The notes under the pieces were generated by a model. It ran no database searches, was not told the origin of the DNA, and was given only the letters and a program-made list of their open reading frames with translations. This document shows, in pieces, positions 36,741 through 46,884 of a DNA stretch of 64,000 nucleotides. The stretch is taken from NCBI GenBank assembly GCA_049322255.1, contig JBMORE010000149.1, positions 1 through 64,000 of the forward strand. Direction: 5' to 3'. Source of the DNA: Myxococcota bacterium. GTDB lineage: Bacteria; Myxococcota; Myxococcia; Myxococcales; Myxococcaceae. The position numbers were made by a program, and so were the translations under genes. Every line of letters begins with the position of its first letter. Position 1 is the stretch's first letter.

Positions 36741-38627
36741 ATGAAGACCATTCTTCTCGCCGAGCACCACGCCCCCACCCGCGAGCACGTACACGCCGAG
36801 CTGGGTCAGGCAGGCTACGTGGTGAAGGTCGCTGGCGACCCGGGCACGGCGATGGAGCTGTTCATCTCCGAGCGCCCCGACGCGGTCGTGGTGGCGGTGG
36901 AGTTTCCCAGGCTCGATGGCGCCCACGTGGGAGCGATCATTCGCGCCAGTGACGAGGGTGCGCGGGTGCCGATTATCGCCGTCGACAAGGCACACCTGGG
37001 CAAGGCCAGAGGCGTGGGCGCGGTCCTCGACCTGCGCGCCAACGCGTACATCGCCAACCCGCTCAAGCGAAACGAGCTGGTGAACAAGCTCGCCTCGCTG
37101 CGCGAGCTTTCCGAGAGCGCCAAGTCCAAGAGCGGCAGCGGGGTGCAGGCGATCATGGCTCGCTCGCCGGTCGCCGCGGGAGAGCTGCGAGGGTTGCCTT
37201 TGCCCGCGCTCCTCCATTCGTTCTACCGGCTGCGGCGCGACGGCATTCTCGTGGTCGCCTTTCGCGACCTCACCCGTCGCTTGTACTTCCTCCAGGGCAG
37301 CCCGGTGGCCTACGAGTCGACTGCCCGGCAGGACGCCTTTCCTAACTTCCTTTTCGAGCGCGGCGTGCTCTCAGAGGAAAAGGCGAACGAGGTGCTGGCG
37401 GCGCTGGGTCAGGGCATGCGCGTGGGAGCGGCGCTCGCCGACGCCGACGTGCCCCTGGAGGGGGAGGAGCTTTTGCTCAAGCTGCGCGAGTACCTGCGCG
37501 AGAAGGCCTCGCAGGTGGTGGGCATGCGCGCAGGACGTTACGCCTTCTACGCGGGAGCCGAGTTTGCCGGTGAGATTGCCCCGGTGGAGGTGGCCGCTTT
37601 GGCGCCGTTGCTCGAGGGCGCGCGCCGCTCCTTCCCGGTGAAGGTGTTCGCGCAGAGCTTGCGGGCGCACCGGGGCGAGTTTCCTCACCGCACCGCCGAG
37701 TTCGGCAAAGACCTGCCCGCGCTGGGGTTGAACAACCAGGACCTCAAGGTGGCGATGCAGCTTAGCGGGCGCATCTCTCTGGAGGAGATTTTGGCCCACG
37801 GCCGTGCCGACCTGGGCCAGTCGTACGGCTTGTTGTGGTTCTTGGCGCTCACCGGCGACGTGGCGTTCGCGAAAGAGCCCCTGCCGGCCAGCGAGCACGA
37901 CGCTCACGCTGTGCCCGATCGCATCGCGCCGAAGAAACGCAAACCCCTGCCCGCCGAGACGATGGCCAAGCTGCGCGACGCGGCGGTGAGAATCATCACC
38001 TCGAGCTACTTCCACGTCCTCGGGCTCGACATCTCCGCTGACACCGAGGCGGTCGAGCACGCCTACCACGAGGTCGCCGCCCGCTTTCACCCCGACAGCT
38101 ACCCCGACTACGACACCTCGGAGATCAAGGATCTGCTCGAGTCCGTGCAGGACAAGCTGTCGGCGTCCTACCGCGTGCTCTCCGTGGAGGAGAAGCGCAA
38201 GGCGTATCTACGATACTTGTTGAGCAAGCTCGACGTCGGCCGCACGGCGGCGGTGAACGCCGAGGCGGAAATCGCCCTCAAGCGCGGCGAGGCCGCTCTG
38301 CGCCGGAAAGATCCACGGACGGCGCTGTCGCTCTTCGAGGAGGCGGTGGCGCTCAACCCGCGTGAGCCGGAGTACTACTGCCACCTCGCCTGGGCGACGT
38401 ATCTGACCTCCGCCGGACCCGCGAAGGACCGAGCCAAACCGGCGCAGAAGCTGCTCAGGAAGGCGCTCGCGCTCAACCCTTACCTCGAGCGGGCGACGAT
38501 CATCTCGGCGATCATCGACAACGAGGCTGGCGATGTCTCGTCGGCCCGAAAGCGGCTGCTCAAGGTGCTGGAGATGAACCCGGGCTCCCAGCTTGCCAAA
38601 GCGGCCTTGCGCAAGGTGGGGCGGTGA
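36741..38627 (+). CDS. Receiver-like, DUF4388, DnaJ (HPD) and TPR multidomain protein
   Basis: N-terminal REC-like fold; AGELRGLPLPALL DUF4388-like; YFHVLGL...RFHPD J-domain; C-terminal TPRs. Confidence 0.8.
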   Translation: MKTILLAEHHAPTREHVHAELGQAGYVVKVAGDPGTAMELFISERPDAVVVAVEFPRLDGAHVGAIIRASDEGARVPIIAVDKAHLGKARGVGAVLDLRANAYIANPLKRNELVNKLASLRELSESAKSKSGSGVQAIMARSPVAAGELRGLPLPALLHSFYRLRRDGILVVAFRDLTRRLYFLQGSPVAYESTARQDAFPNFLFERGVLSEEKANEVLAALGQGMRVGAALADADVPLEGEELLLKLREYLREKASQVVGMRAGRYAFYAGAEFAGEIAPVEVAALAPLLEGARRSFPVKVFAQSLRAHRGEFPHRTAEFGKDLPALGLNNQDLKVAMQLSGRISLEEILAHGRADLGQSYGLLWFLALTGDVAFAKEPLPASEHDAHAVPDRIAPKKRKPLPAETMAKLRDAAVRIITSSYFHVLGLDISADTEAVEHAYHEVAARFHPDSYPDYDTSEIKDLLESVQDKLSASYRVLSVEEKRKAYLRYLLSKLDVGRTAAVNAEAEIALKRGEAALRRKDPRTALSLFEEAVALNPREPEYYCHLAWATYLTSAGPAKDRAKPAQKLLRKALALNPYLERATIISAIIDNEAGDVSSARKRLLKVLEMNPGSQLAKAALRKVGR

Positions 38628-40423
38628 CCGCGCAGGCTGCTCGCGCGCTGCGTCGGCTGTGGGCCTACGGCCGTCCGCATGAACGGCTGTTGGTTCTGGC
38701 CTTCGCGTGCATGGTGGTGCTCGGGCTGACCAACGGTGCCTATGCCTACTTGATGGGGCCGGCGATCAAGTTCCTTCTCTCGGGAGGCGCCGAAGGCCTG
38801 GGGTTGGCCGCGCGGCTGGTGCCTGGCTTGGCGGACCTCGATCGCGCTCGGGCGTTGGTGGTCTTCCCAGCGGCGATTGTGCTTCTGGGTGCCGCCAAAG
38901 GGCTCGCCTACCTCGGCCAGTTCTACTGGATGGGGCTGTACGGCCAGCGCGTGGTGGCCGATCTGCGCCGCGCCGTGTTTGCCCGGCTGGTGTCGCTCTC
39001 ACCCGTTCAGCTCGCTCGCCGGCTGTCGGGAGACTTGCTCAGCCGTTTGTCTGTCGACGTCTCCGCCGTGGAGACCGCCGCCACCTACGCCGTGGCGTCG
39101 TACGTTCGCGACGGGCTGCAAATCGTCATTCTTTTGGGGGTGGTGTTCTCGTTGAGCTGGAAGCTCGCGCTCGCCACGATGGCGGTGGTGCCGATCGCCG
39201 TCATTCCCGCCTCGCGGCTCACCCGTGCGCTCTTGCGCCGGACACGCGAGGGGCAAGCGAAGCTCGGAGACCTCGCCGCTCAGGTGCAGGAGGGTCTGGG
39301 TGGGCTGAAGACGATTCAGGCCTTCAACGGGCAGCGCGCCGAGATGGGGCGGTTCGACGCGCACGCCCGCGCACATGTCCGCGCCCTCGTGCGTGCCGGG
39401 TGGACGCGGGGCGCCGTGCCCTCCTTGATGGAGGTCTTCGCCGCCGTGGCGATCGGCGGAGCGCTGGCCCTGGCCGCAGCCACCCGGGCGGTTCCACCGG
39501 AGAGCTTGGTCTCGCTGCTGACGGCGGTGGTACTGATGTACCAGCCGGCCAAGGACTTGGGGCGCGTCAGCCAGTTCGCCATTGCGGCGGCTGCCGCGGG
39601 AGAGCGTCTTTTCGAGCTGCTCGAGGTGGAGTACCCGGTGAAGGAAGCTCCCGGTGCGCGAGCGCTCGCGCCGGTGCGACAGTCGATTCGTTTTCAAGGG
39701 GTGAGCTACGCCTACGGTGAACGGGTGGCGCTCGACGGGCTCGACCTCGAGCTGCCGGTGGGGAAGGTGACTGCCCTGGTGGGCGCCAGCGGCGGCGGCA
39801 AGAGCACCCTTGCGTCACTGCTCTTGCGCTTCGATCGACCTGTGAAGGGTCAGGTCTTCATCGATGGTGTCGATGTGGCGGAGGCCACCATTTCGAGCGT
39901 ACGCGCCCAGTTCGCGCTGGTCACCCAAGAACCCCTCCTCTTTGCGGCCACCGTGCTGGAAAACCTCCGCTTTCCTCGCCCCGAGGCCACCATGGACGAA
40001 GTGGTCACCGCCGCCAAAGTGGCGCAGGCCGACGCGTTCATTCGCGCGCTGCCGAATGGCTATGACACCCCGGTGGGCGAGCGCGGCGTCGTGCTGAGCG
40101 GGGGGCAGAAGCAGCGTCTGTGCCTGGCGCGCGCGGTGCTGACGAACGCTCCGGTGCTGGTTTTGGACGAGGCGACCAGCAGCCTCGACCCCAAGAGCGA
40201 ACGCGAGGTGCAAGAGGCCCTGGCTTCGGTGCTGGAAGGCCGCACGGCGCTGGTCATCGCGCACCGGCTGGCCACCGTCGTCCAGGCTGACTGCATTCAT
40301 GTGGTCGAGGGCGGAAAAATTTCCGAGAGCGGCACCCACGACGAGCTGATTCGTCGTCAAGGCTCGTACGCGCGCCTGTGGAAGCTCCAGAGCGGCGGGG
40401 CGAAAGAGGCGCAGGTGGCATGA
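38624..40423 (+). CDS. msbA: MsbA-like ABC exporter (probable lipid A flippase)
   Basis: TM domain with NBD (GASGGGKST, LSGGQKQR, DEATS, IAHR); located in the lipid A cluster. Confidence 0.8.
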   Translation: MTAQAARALRRLWAYGRPHERLLVLAFACMVVLGLTNGAYAYLMGPAIKFLLSGGAEGLGLAARLVPGLADLDRARALVVFPAAIVLLGAAKGLAYLGQFYWMGLYGQRVVADLRRAVFARLVSLSPVQLARRLSGDLLSRLSVDVSAVETAATYAVASYVRDGLQIVILLGVVFSLSWKLALATMAVVPIAVIPASRLTRALLRRTREGQAKLGDLAAQVQEGLGGLKTIQAFNGQRAEMGRFDAHARAHVRALVRAGWTRGAVPSLMEVFAAVAIGGALALAAATRAVPPESLVSLLTAVVLMYQPAKDLGRVSQFAIAAAAAGERLFELLEVEYPVKEAPGARALAPVRQSIRFQGVSYAYGERVALDGLDLELPVGKVTALVGASGGGKSTLASLLLRFDRPVKGQVFIDGVDVAEATISSVRAQFALVTQEPLLFAATVLENLRFPRPEATMDEVVTAAKVAQADAFIRALPNGYDTPVGERGVVLSGGQKQRLCLARAVLTNAPVLVLDEATSSLDPKSEREVQEALASVLEGRTALVIAHRLATVVQADCIHVVEGGKISESGTHDELIRRQGSYARLWKLQSGGAKEAQVA

Positions 40424-41529
40424 TCGCCCGTCAGCTTTTGCGCGCGTTCTTCGGCCTGCTCGTGCTCGCCGGCGCCTATGTGGGGCTGTTCTCGCTCTTC
40501 GCTGGCTCCAAGCCGTACCCGGTCACCGGCGTCCGCGGCACCGAGGGCATGGTGCGCGGGGCGTACCACGTGCACAGCACGGCCTCCGACGGAGAAGGCG
40601 AGGTGAGGGAGCTCGCGCACGCCGCCCGCCGAGCCGGTTTGCGCTTCGTGGTGCTGACCGACCACAACGTGGAGAGGCTCCCCGAGCCGGTGTTTGTCGA
40701 GGGGGTACTCGTCATTCACCAGGTCGAGGAGTCCACGCCCTATGGGCATGTGGTGGCGCTCGGAGCTCCCCGGGGGTTGAACGAGGAGGAGCGCAAGACC
40801 GATCCGATCGAAGCGATACGACGGCTGGGAGGAACGGCCGTGCTCGCCCACCCGGTGCAGCCCCGGAATCCGTGGCGCGATTGGGATGGCGGCACGCTGG
40901 CGAACGGGCTGGAGCTGTATTCGGGAGACTCCATGCTGCGCGAGGTGCTGCGGCAGCCCAATCGCCTGGCGTGCAGCGCCGGCTCGTACCTCGCCAACCC
41001 ACCGCACGGGCTGATGGTGCTGGTGCAGCCCGCGCACGAGGCGCGCGAGCGGCTTTTGAGCCTCACTCCGCGCCAAGGGGTGCCGATTGCGCTTTGCGCG
41101 CACGACGCGCACGGCACACCGCCCTATGAGACCGTGTTCAAAGCGATGTCCCTTCACCTGGCGCTTCGGACGCTGCCAGAAGATGCCGAGCAAGCCTCTC
41201 GGGTGGTGCTCGACAGCCTCGCCCGGGGGGACTTCCTCTGCGCCTTCGATGCGCTGGGGGACGCCTCGGCGTTCGCGCTCGCGGGCCTCGAGGGACGAAC
41301 GATGCGCGTGGGCGCTTCCGTCCGTGCGCTGCTGCCACCCGCGGGCGATGTACAGACTCGGGTGGCGGTGTACGGTGCGGCCAAGCTCGGAGCCGACGGC
41401 CGGACAATCACCTTCGATCGAGTGGGCACCGCTCAGATCGAGGTTCAGCTCCTGGCGCCGGGCTGTATTCTCGGCGACGAGTGGAGGCCGTGGATCGTCA
41501 TCAACCCGATCCGCGTGGAGGGACCGTGA
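40420..41529 (+). CDS. PHP-family metallophosphoesterase with N-terminal membrane anchor
   Basis: HVHS, LTDHN, LAHP, LELYS, AHDAH; ATGA overlap with msbA. Confidence 0.8.
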   Translation: MIARQLLRAFFGLLVLAGAYVGLFSLFAGSKPYPVTGVRGTEGMVRGAYHVHSTASDGEGEVRELAHAARRAGLRFVVLTDHNVERLPEPVFVEGVLVIHQVEESTPYGHVVALGAPRGLNEEERKTDPIEAIRRLGGTAVLAHPVQPRNPWRDWDGGTLANGLELYSGDSMLREVLRQPNRLACSAGSYLANPPHGLMVLVQPAHEARERLLSLTPRQGVPIALCAHDAHGTPPYETVFKAMSLHLALRTLPEDAEQASRVVLDSLARGDFLCAFDALGDASAFALAGLEGRTMRVGASVRALLPPAGDVQTRVAVYGAAKLGADGRTITFDRVGTAQIEVQLLAPGCILGDEWRPWIVINPIRVEGP

Positions 41530-41724
41530 TCGAGATCGTTCAAGGTGATCAAGTCGCCGCGGCGGCCGACGCGCTCCATGCGCGCACCCGCGGCTGTCTC
41601 GAACGCTCGCGGGGCACAAAGCAACGGCCGTGCCGGACCGCTCTCCCTCTGAGATTGAAGGGCGATGAGGGTGTGGATCTGCCAATCTGACAAGGTCGGC
41701 GGTTGTCCTCTGTCGTCCTGACGT

Positions 41725-42390
41725 TCAGGGCGACCGACGGTCTTCGCGCAGCTCTCGGCGGTCCTCACGCAGCTCGCGCTTGTCCTCGGCACGTTCCCTC
41801 ACGTTTTGCACTCTCTGCGCTCGACCGAGTGAGACGAGCTCGAGGACCAGGGTGCGCTTCCGGTCGAGGCTTGGGGCGTCCTGCTTCCCGTAGAGCCCGG
41901 AAAGCTCCGCGGCGATCGCTTGGGTCCGCGCGAGGCTCGCTTCTTCGACGCGCGCATCACGTACGTCATCGCGTCGATCTCGTCGGTCGTCGCGCTTGTC
42001 GTGCACATCGTTGGCCAGGGCCAGCGGCCGCTTGGCCCTGACATCGCGTCGAATCTCGCGGCGATCGGACCTCAGCTCACGGTTGTCGGCCCGCACCTCC
42101 GCCCGGTCTCTGGCGAGCTCGACTTTGCTCTCGGCAATCTCGGTCTGGACCAACGCCCGCAGCTCCTCGTCGATTCGTGCCAGCGCCGCAACGTCGTTGC
42201 GTTGCCGCGCCGAGTCGATCTGGGCCAAGAGCGTTTCGAGCTTCATCGCGTCATGCCGATCATCTCGCCGCTCGCGTGCGTCTTGGCGCAGCTCCTGGCG
42301 GTCCTTCGCCTTCTCCAGTCGATCGCGCATCACTTGAGCTTGGGCGAGCAAAGGGACGACCGACACCACTGCAGTCAAAAATCGGGTCAT
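41725..42390 (-). CDS. Secreted Arg/Asp-rich helical repeat protein
   Basis: Signal peptide (AQA-Q), repeated DRRE/DDRR motifs, GAGGAGG RBS. Confidence 0.75.
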   Translation of the reverse strand: MTRFLTAVVSVVPLLAQAQVMRDRLEKAKDRQELRQDARERRDDRHDAMKLETLLAQIDSARQRNDVAALARIDEELRALVQTEIAESKVELARDRAEVRADNRELRSDRREIRRDVRAKRPLALANDVHDKRDDRRDRRDDVRDARVEEASLARTQAIAAELSGLYGKQDAPSLDRKRTLVLELVSLGRAQRVQNVRERAEDKRELREDRRELREDRRSP

Positions 42391-42420
42391 GAGAACCTCC
42401 TCAAAGTGCTTCGCAACCTA

Positions 42421-42435
42421 GCGAATTGACTGCCA
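42421..42435 (-). promoter_or_regulatory. Putative sigma54 -24/-12 promoter
   Basis: Minus strand TGGCAGTCAATTCGC is GG-N10-GC, 30 nt upstream of ATG 42390. Confidence 0.45.
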
Positions 42436-42499
42436 TCCATGCCAACACGCGGCACCTAAGAGAGTTGCGGGCGCCAGTTTGATAGAGCAGCGCCCTTCG

Positions 42500-43813
42500 A
42501 TGCGGCTTTTCTACATCTTCGCCAGCTACTTGCTTTTCGCCGTTCTTTTGCCGCTGCTTGCTTTGCATCGCAAGACGCGCAACGGGTTTTTGCAGCGGCT
42601 GGGGTTCTACCCCCAAGGCAAGTTGCCCGCGGGCGAGGGACCACGGCTTTGGCTGCACGGAGCCAGCGCGGGAGATTTGCTGGCGCTCTCTCCCATGATT
42701 CGCAAGCTTCGCCAGCGCTTCCCCCGGGCGAAGGTCATTCTCTCCACCACCACCAACACCGGCTACATGATGGCCAGCGAGCGCCTGGCAGGCCAAATCG
42801 ACGCGGTGGTGTACGCCCCCTACGATTTGCTCGGTGCCACACGCCGGGCGGTGCGCGCGATTCGCCCCGACTTGTTGGTGCTCGAGTACACCGAAATCTG
42901 GCCCAACCTCATCCGCGCGGCGAAGCACTCCGGCGCGCGGGTGGTGCTGACCAACGGCCGCTTCTCTGCCGCGCACGTGGGCAAGTACCGCACGCTCTTC
43001 TCGCTCATCGGCAATCCGCTCCTGGACATCGACCTCTTCCTCATGCGCGAAGACGAAGAAGCGGAGCGCGTGCTCGGGCTGGGTGCGCCCCTGGAGCGTG
43101 TGTGGGTGACCGGCAACACCAAGTTCGACGCGCTGGCGCCGGCAGCGGTCGCCGAAGAAGACGTCGAGCTGCGTACCGGCCTCAACCTGCCTCCCCACGC
43201 TCCGGTGCTCATCGCTGGGAGCACGCACGAGGGCGAGGAAGAGCAACTCCTCGACGTCTTCAAGCGGCTTTTGCAAGACCATCCCGACTTGAGGTTGGTG
43301 ATCGCCCCACGCTACATCGATCGGGCCCCGCGCATCGTCACCCTCACCCAGCAGGCCGGGCTTTCGGTCGGCCTGCGCTCGCAAGGCAACCCGGCGGGAG
43401 GCCGCGTGGTGGTGCTGGACACCATCGGCGAGCTCTCGTTGGCCTATCGGCTGGCCACGCTGGTGTTCGTGGGAGGGTCCTTTACCGATCGCGGCGGGCA
43501 AAACATTCTCGAGCCGGCGGCGCAGGGACGGCCGGTGCTCTTCGGCCCGAAGATGGAGAATTTCCACGACAGCGTGCAGGTGCTGGTGGGGCGCGGCGGC
43601 ATTCAGGTCAACGACGCTGACCATTTGCACCGCGTGCTCTCCGAGCTTTTGGCGCGGCCGGAGACGATCGAAGCGTTGGGCGAGCTGGCGCAGGCCGCGG
43701 TGAGGCAGGTGTCGGGCGCCAGCGGCCGCAACGTCGAGCACATGGAGCGTCTGCTCACTTCGCCGTCATCCGGCAGACCGCTCGCGATTCCGCGCGAGAT
43801 GGCGCACGGCTGA
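42500..43813 (+). CDS. waaA: Kdo transferase
   Basis: [51 protein letters not shown]. Confidence 0.95.
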   Translation: MRLFYIFASYLLFAVLLPLLALHRKTRNGFLQRLGFYPQGKLPAGEGPRLWLHGASAGDLLALSPMIRKLRQRFPRAKVILSTTTNTGYMMASERLAGQIDAVVYAPYDLLGATRRAVRAIRPDLLVLEYTEIWPNLIRAAKHSGARVVLTNGRFSAAHVGKYRTLFSLIGNPLLDIDLFLMREDEEAERVLGLGAPLERVWVTGNTKFDALAPAAVAEEDVELRTGLNLPPHAPVLIAGSTHEGEEEQLLDVFKRLLQDHPDLRLVIAPRYIDRAPRIVTLTQQAGLSVGLRSQGNPAGGRVVVLDTIGELSLAYRLATLVFVGGSFTDRGGQNILEPAAQGRPVLFGPKMENFHDSVQVLVGRGGIQVNDADHLHRVLSELLARPETIEALGELAQAAVRQVSGASGRNVEHMERLLTSPSSGRPLAIPREMAHG

Positions 43814-43823
43814 GGCATCGAGA

Positions 43824-44840
43824 ATGCGAATCCTCCACCTGTTGGCCAGCCCCGTCTTCAGCGGCCCCGCGGAGAACGTCGCGCTGCTTGCATCGATGCA
43901 ACGAGAGCTGGGGCACGAGGTGTCGGTGGCGCTCGACCGCAAGCGGACGCTCACTGCGGCAGAGGAACCCGCGGTGCCTCGCTTCAGCGCGTTGGGCCTG
44001 CTCGATGAAGATGGGTTGGAGCTGTCGGTGAAGTCCAGCCCGCTGGCGATCTTCAAAGACGTGCGCATGCTCCGGCGACGCGAGGTCGACGTCGTGCATG
44101 CACATTTCACACACGACCATTTCCTGGCGAGGTTCGGCCGGCCGACGGGCGCCCGGCTGGTTCGCTCGATACACGCGCCGCGCTCCTTACGGAGCTCACT
44201 GCCGGCGGCCGACGCCTTCACGGTCGCCACCCAGGCCGAGGCGGTGCGGCTGCGCGGGCGCTCGGTGCTGGTGATGCCAGCGCTGGTGAGTCCGGCCTAT
44301 CGGCCAGCGCCCAGCAGACCTGCCTTGCGACGCGAGCTTTCGCTCGACGGCGATCCACTGGTGGGAATGGTGTCGACGTTTCAGCCTTCCCGGCGGCACG
44401 GCTTGGGCTTGGAGGCATTTACGCGCCTTCGGGCGCAGCGGCCCTCGGCGCGTCTGGTGCTCGTGGGCGACGGAGTGCTCGAGCCGGAGCTGCGCGTCCG
44501 GGTCGCCCAGTTGGGGTTGGGGCCGTCGGTCACCTTCGCTGGTTACCAGCGGGGCGAGGCGTTCGTTCGCTGGCTGCAAGCGTTGGACGAGCTGTGGGTG
44601 CTCGGGTTGGGTAACGACTTTTCCGGCCGAGTGGCAGCGCAGGCGCGCGCGTGCGAGGTGCGGGTGGTGGCTGTCGATGAGGGGGCGCTGCCCTTGCTGG
44701 CCGACGCCCTCGTTTCTCGACTGGCCGCCGATGCCGTCCTCGAGGCCTCGCTCTCGGCGCGAAGGGTGTCGCGGGCGCTGCCGTCGAACGAGGAGATCAC
44801 CCGCAACGTGCTCGCGCTTTACGAGGGGCGCTCGTCGTGA
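43824..44840 (+). CDS. GT4-family glycosyltransferase (probable LPS core)
   Basis: MRILHL, DVVHAH, LVLVGDG, VTFAGY; between waaA and lpxK. Confidence 0.8.
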   Translation: MRILHLLASPVFSGPAENVALLASMQRELGHEVSVALDRKRTLTAAEEPAVPRFSALGLLDEDGLELSVKSSPLAIFKDVRMLRRREVDVVHAHFTHDHFLARFGRPTGARLVRSIHAPRSLRSSLPAADAFTVATQAEAVRLRGRSVLVMPALVSPAYRPAPSRPALRRELSLDGDPLVGMVSTFQPSRRHGLGLEAFTRLRAQRPSARLVLVGDGVLEPELRVRVAQLGLGPSVTFAGYQRGEAFVRWLQALDELWVLGLGNDFSGRVAAQARACEVRVVAVDEGALPLLADALVSRLAADAVLEASLSARRVSRALPSNEEITRNVLALYEGRSS

Positions 44841-45868
44841 GCGAACGCCTCGAGCGGCTGTGGTACCCCGAGGCCGAGGAGGGATTTTGGCGCCAGACCG
44901 CGCTGGCCCCGCTGGCGGCCGCGTCGCTGGTGTTTCGCGCCGCGCTCGGTGCTCGGAATGCTCTCTATGAGAGGGGAGTGCTCGCCGCACGGCGCGTCGA
45001 AGGCGCGCGGGTGGTGTCGGTAGGCAACCTCAACGTGGGAGGCGCGGGCAAGACCCCGGCGGTCATCCACCTTGCCAACCTGGCCCTCGCCCAGAAGCTT
45101 CGTGTGGCCGTGCTCTCGCGTGGCTACGGCCGGGTCGAGAAGGAGGCGCAGGTGGTGGGCCCCCACTCGAACGCCGCCTCGGTGGGCGATGAGCCGTTGC
45201 TGATTGCTCGTCGATGCCCCGGTGCGGTGGTGTGGGTGGGGGCCGACCGGTGGGCGCTCGCCCAGCGCGCGCGCGAAGAGCACGGCGCCCAGCTCCTTCT
45301 CCTCGACGACGGTCTGCAACATCGAAGGTTGGCGCGCGACGCCGACGTGGTGGTGATCGACGAAACAGTGGGGTTCGGCAACGGCCGCTTGATGCCACGC
45401 GGGCCGTTGCGTGAACCGGTCGAGGCGCTGAAGCGCGCTTCGCTGGTCTGGCTCAAGGTGGCGGAAGGCAGTGCAGCGGTGTTGCCAGAGCTCTCCGTTC
45501 CGGTGGTGCGCGCCGTGCACCGGCCGAGCGTCCTCATCGACCCCCAAGGACAGGAGCACTCGCCGAAGATCCTGGAGGGCCGGCGGGTGCTCGCGCTCGT
45601 CGGGCTGGCTCGGCCCACAAGCTTCGTGCGTACGCTGAAGCGGCTCGGCGCTCGCCTCGCCGCCGTCCGCGCGTTTGGAGATCACCACGTCTTCACCCCG
45701 GCCGAGCTCGCCGAAGCGCGTACCGTCGCGCACGCCGACGGCGCCGAGGTGGTGACCACCGAGAAAGACTGGATGCGACTGCCGCGCGATTTTCCCGCGT
45801 GGGTCGTGCGCTTGGACGTGGAAGTGGTTTCAGGAGCCGACGCGTTGATGCAGCTGCTGGCCTTGTGA
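44837..45868 (+). CDS. lpxK: Tetraacyldisaccharide 4'-kinase
   Basis: SVGNLNVGGAGKTP, SRGYG, GDEP, LDDGLQH, GPLREP, TTEKD. Confidence 0.96.
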   Translation: MSERLERLWYPEAEEGFWRQTALAPLAAASLVFRAALGARNALYERGVLAARRVEGARVVSVGNLNVGGAGKTPAVIHLANLALAQKLRVAVLSRGYGRVEKEAQVVGPHSNAASVGDEPLLIARRCPGAVVWVGADRWALAQRAREEHGAQLLLLDDGLQHRRLARDADVVVIDETVGFGNGRLMPRGPLREPVEALKRASLVWLKVAEGSAAVLPELSVPVVRAVHRPSVLIDPQGQEHSPKILEGRRVLALVGLARPTSFVRTLKRLGARLAAVRAFGDHHVFTPAELAEARTVAHADGAEVVTTEKDWMRLPRDFPAWVVRLDVEVVSGADALMQLLAL

Positions 45869-45900
45869 GCAAGGGGCTGCTGTGGGACAAAGCGCGCCCC

Positions 45901-46884
45901 ATGCAAAGGCCTTTGGCCCAGGCGTTCTCCAGACGCCGGGTGCTGGTGGTGGGCGACTTGGTGGCCGACCACTACATCTATGGTCGCAGCGAGCGGGTGA
46001 GCCGCGAGGCGCCGGTGCTCATCGTGCGCTACGAGAGCGCCGAGGTGAAGCTCGGCGGGGGCGCCAACGCCGCCGCCAATGTCAAGAGCTTGGGTGGTCA
46101 GGTCACCGTGGTGGGCGTGCTGGGGGATGACGAGATGGGCGGCGAGCTGCGCCGCCTGTGCAAAGCCGCCGGTATTCGGTTGGTGGCGACCTCTGCACCG
46201 GGGCTGGAGACGGAAACCAAGACACGCATCCTCGCGGGTGGGGTGAACACCACGCGGCAGCAGATGCTCCGGCTCGATCGGGGGGCGCCGGGCCCTTTGC
46301 CGGCAAAGGTGCGCTCGGAGCTGGCGCGAGAGGTCGCCTCCGCTGCCCAGAGCGTCGACGCAGTGCTCGTCTCGGACTACGGCGCCGGGGTTGTCTCAGA
46401 GGAGGTGCGCCAGGTGCTGCGCGACTTGGCGAGGCAAGGCCTGGTGGTCTGTGCCGATTCGCGTCACCACTTGCGTGCGCTCACCCAGCTGACGGTTTGC
46501 AAACCCAACGAGCCCGAGCTGGAGGCGCTCACCGGCATGAGTGTTCGCTCCGAGAAGGAGCTCGTCGCCGCCGCCGCCCGTGGGCTGAAGCTTTTGGGAA
46601 GCCAGGCGCTGGTCGTCACCCGCGGTCGAAACGGCATCGCGGTCTTCGAGCAGGGTAAGCCGCCCCACTTCATTCCCGTTCATGGCGCAGCCGAGGCGGT
46701 CGACGTCACCGGTGCGGGCGACACGGTGATGGCCGCCCTCACCTTGGCGCTGGCAGCCAAAGGTTCCTTGGGCGAGGCGGCAAGGCTGGCCAACGTCGCA
46801 GGGGCCCTGGTGGTGCAGAAACAAGGCACTGCTACCGTCTCACGTGCCGAGCTGCAGCGCGAGCTGAGCGGGGCCGAGGCATGA
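45901..46884 (+). CDS. Heptose 7-phosphate kinase (HldA / RfaE domain I), PfkB family
   Basis: [39 protein letters not shown]. Confidence 0.9.
   Translation: MQRPLAQAFSRRRVLVVGDLVADHYIYGRSERVSREAPVLIVRYESAEVKLGGGANAAANVKSLGGQVTVVGVLGDDEMGGELRRLCKAAGIRLVATSAPGLETETKTRILAGGVNTTRQQMLRLDRGAPGPLPAKVRSELAREVASAAQSVDAVLVSDYGAGVVSEEVRQVLRDLARQGLVVCADSRHHLRALTQLTVCKPNEPELEALTGMSVRSEKELVAAAARGLKLLGSQALVVTRGRNGIAVFEQGKPPHFIPVHGAAEAVDVTGAGDTVMAALTLALAAKGSLGEAARLANVAGALVVQKQGTATVSRAELQRELSGAEA

Noticed and set aside
41530..41724. Possible small gene or remnant between the PHP gene and the repeat protein
   Set aside because: No frame gave a convincing start, RBS or recognisable motif.
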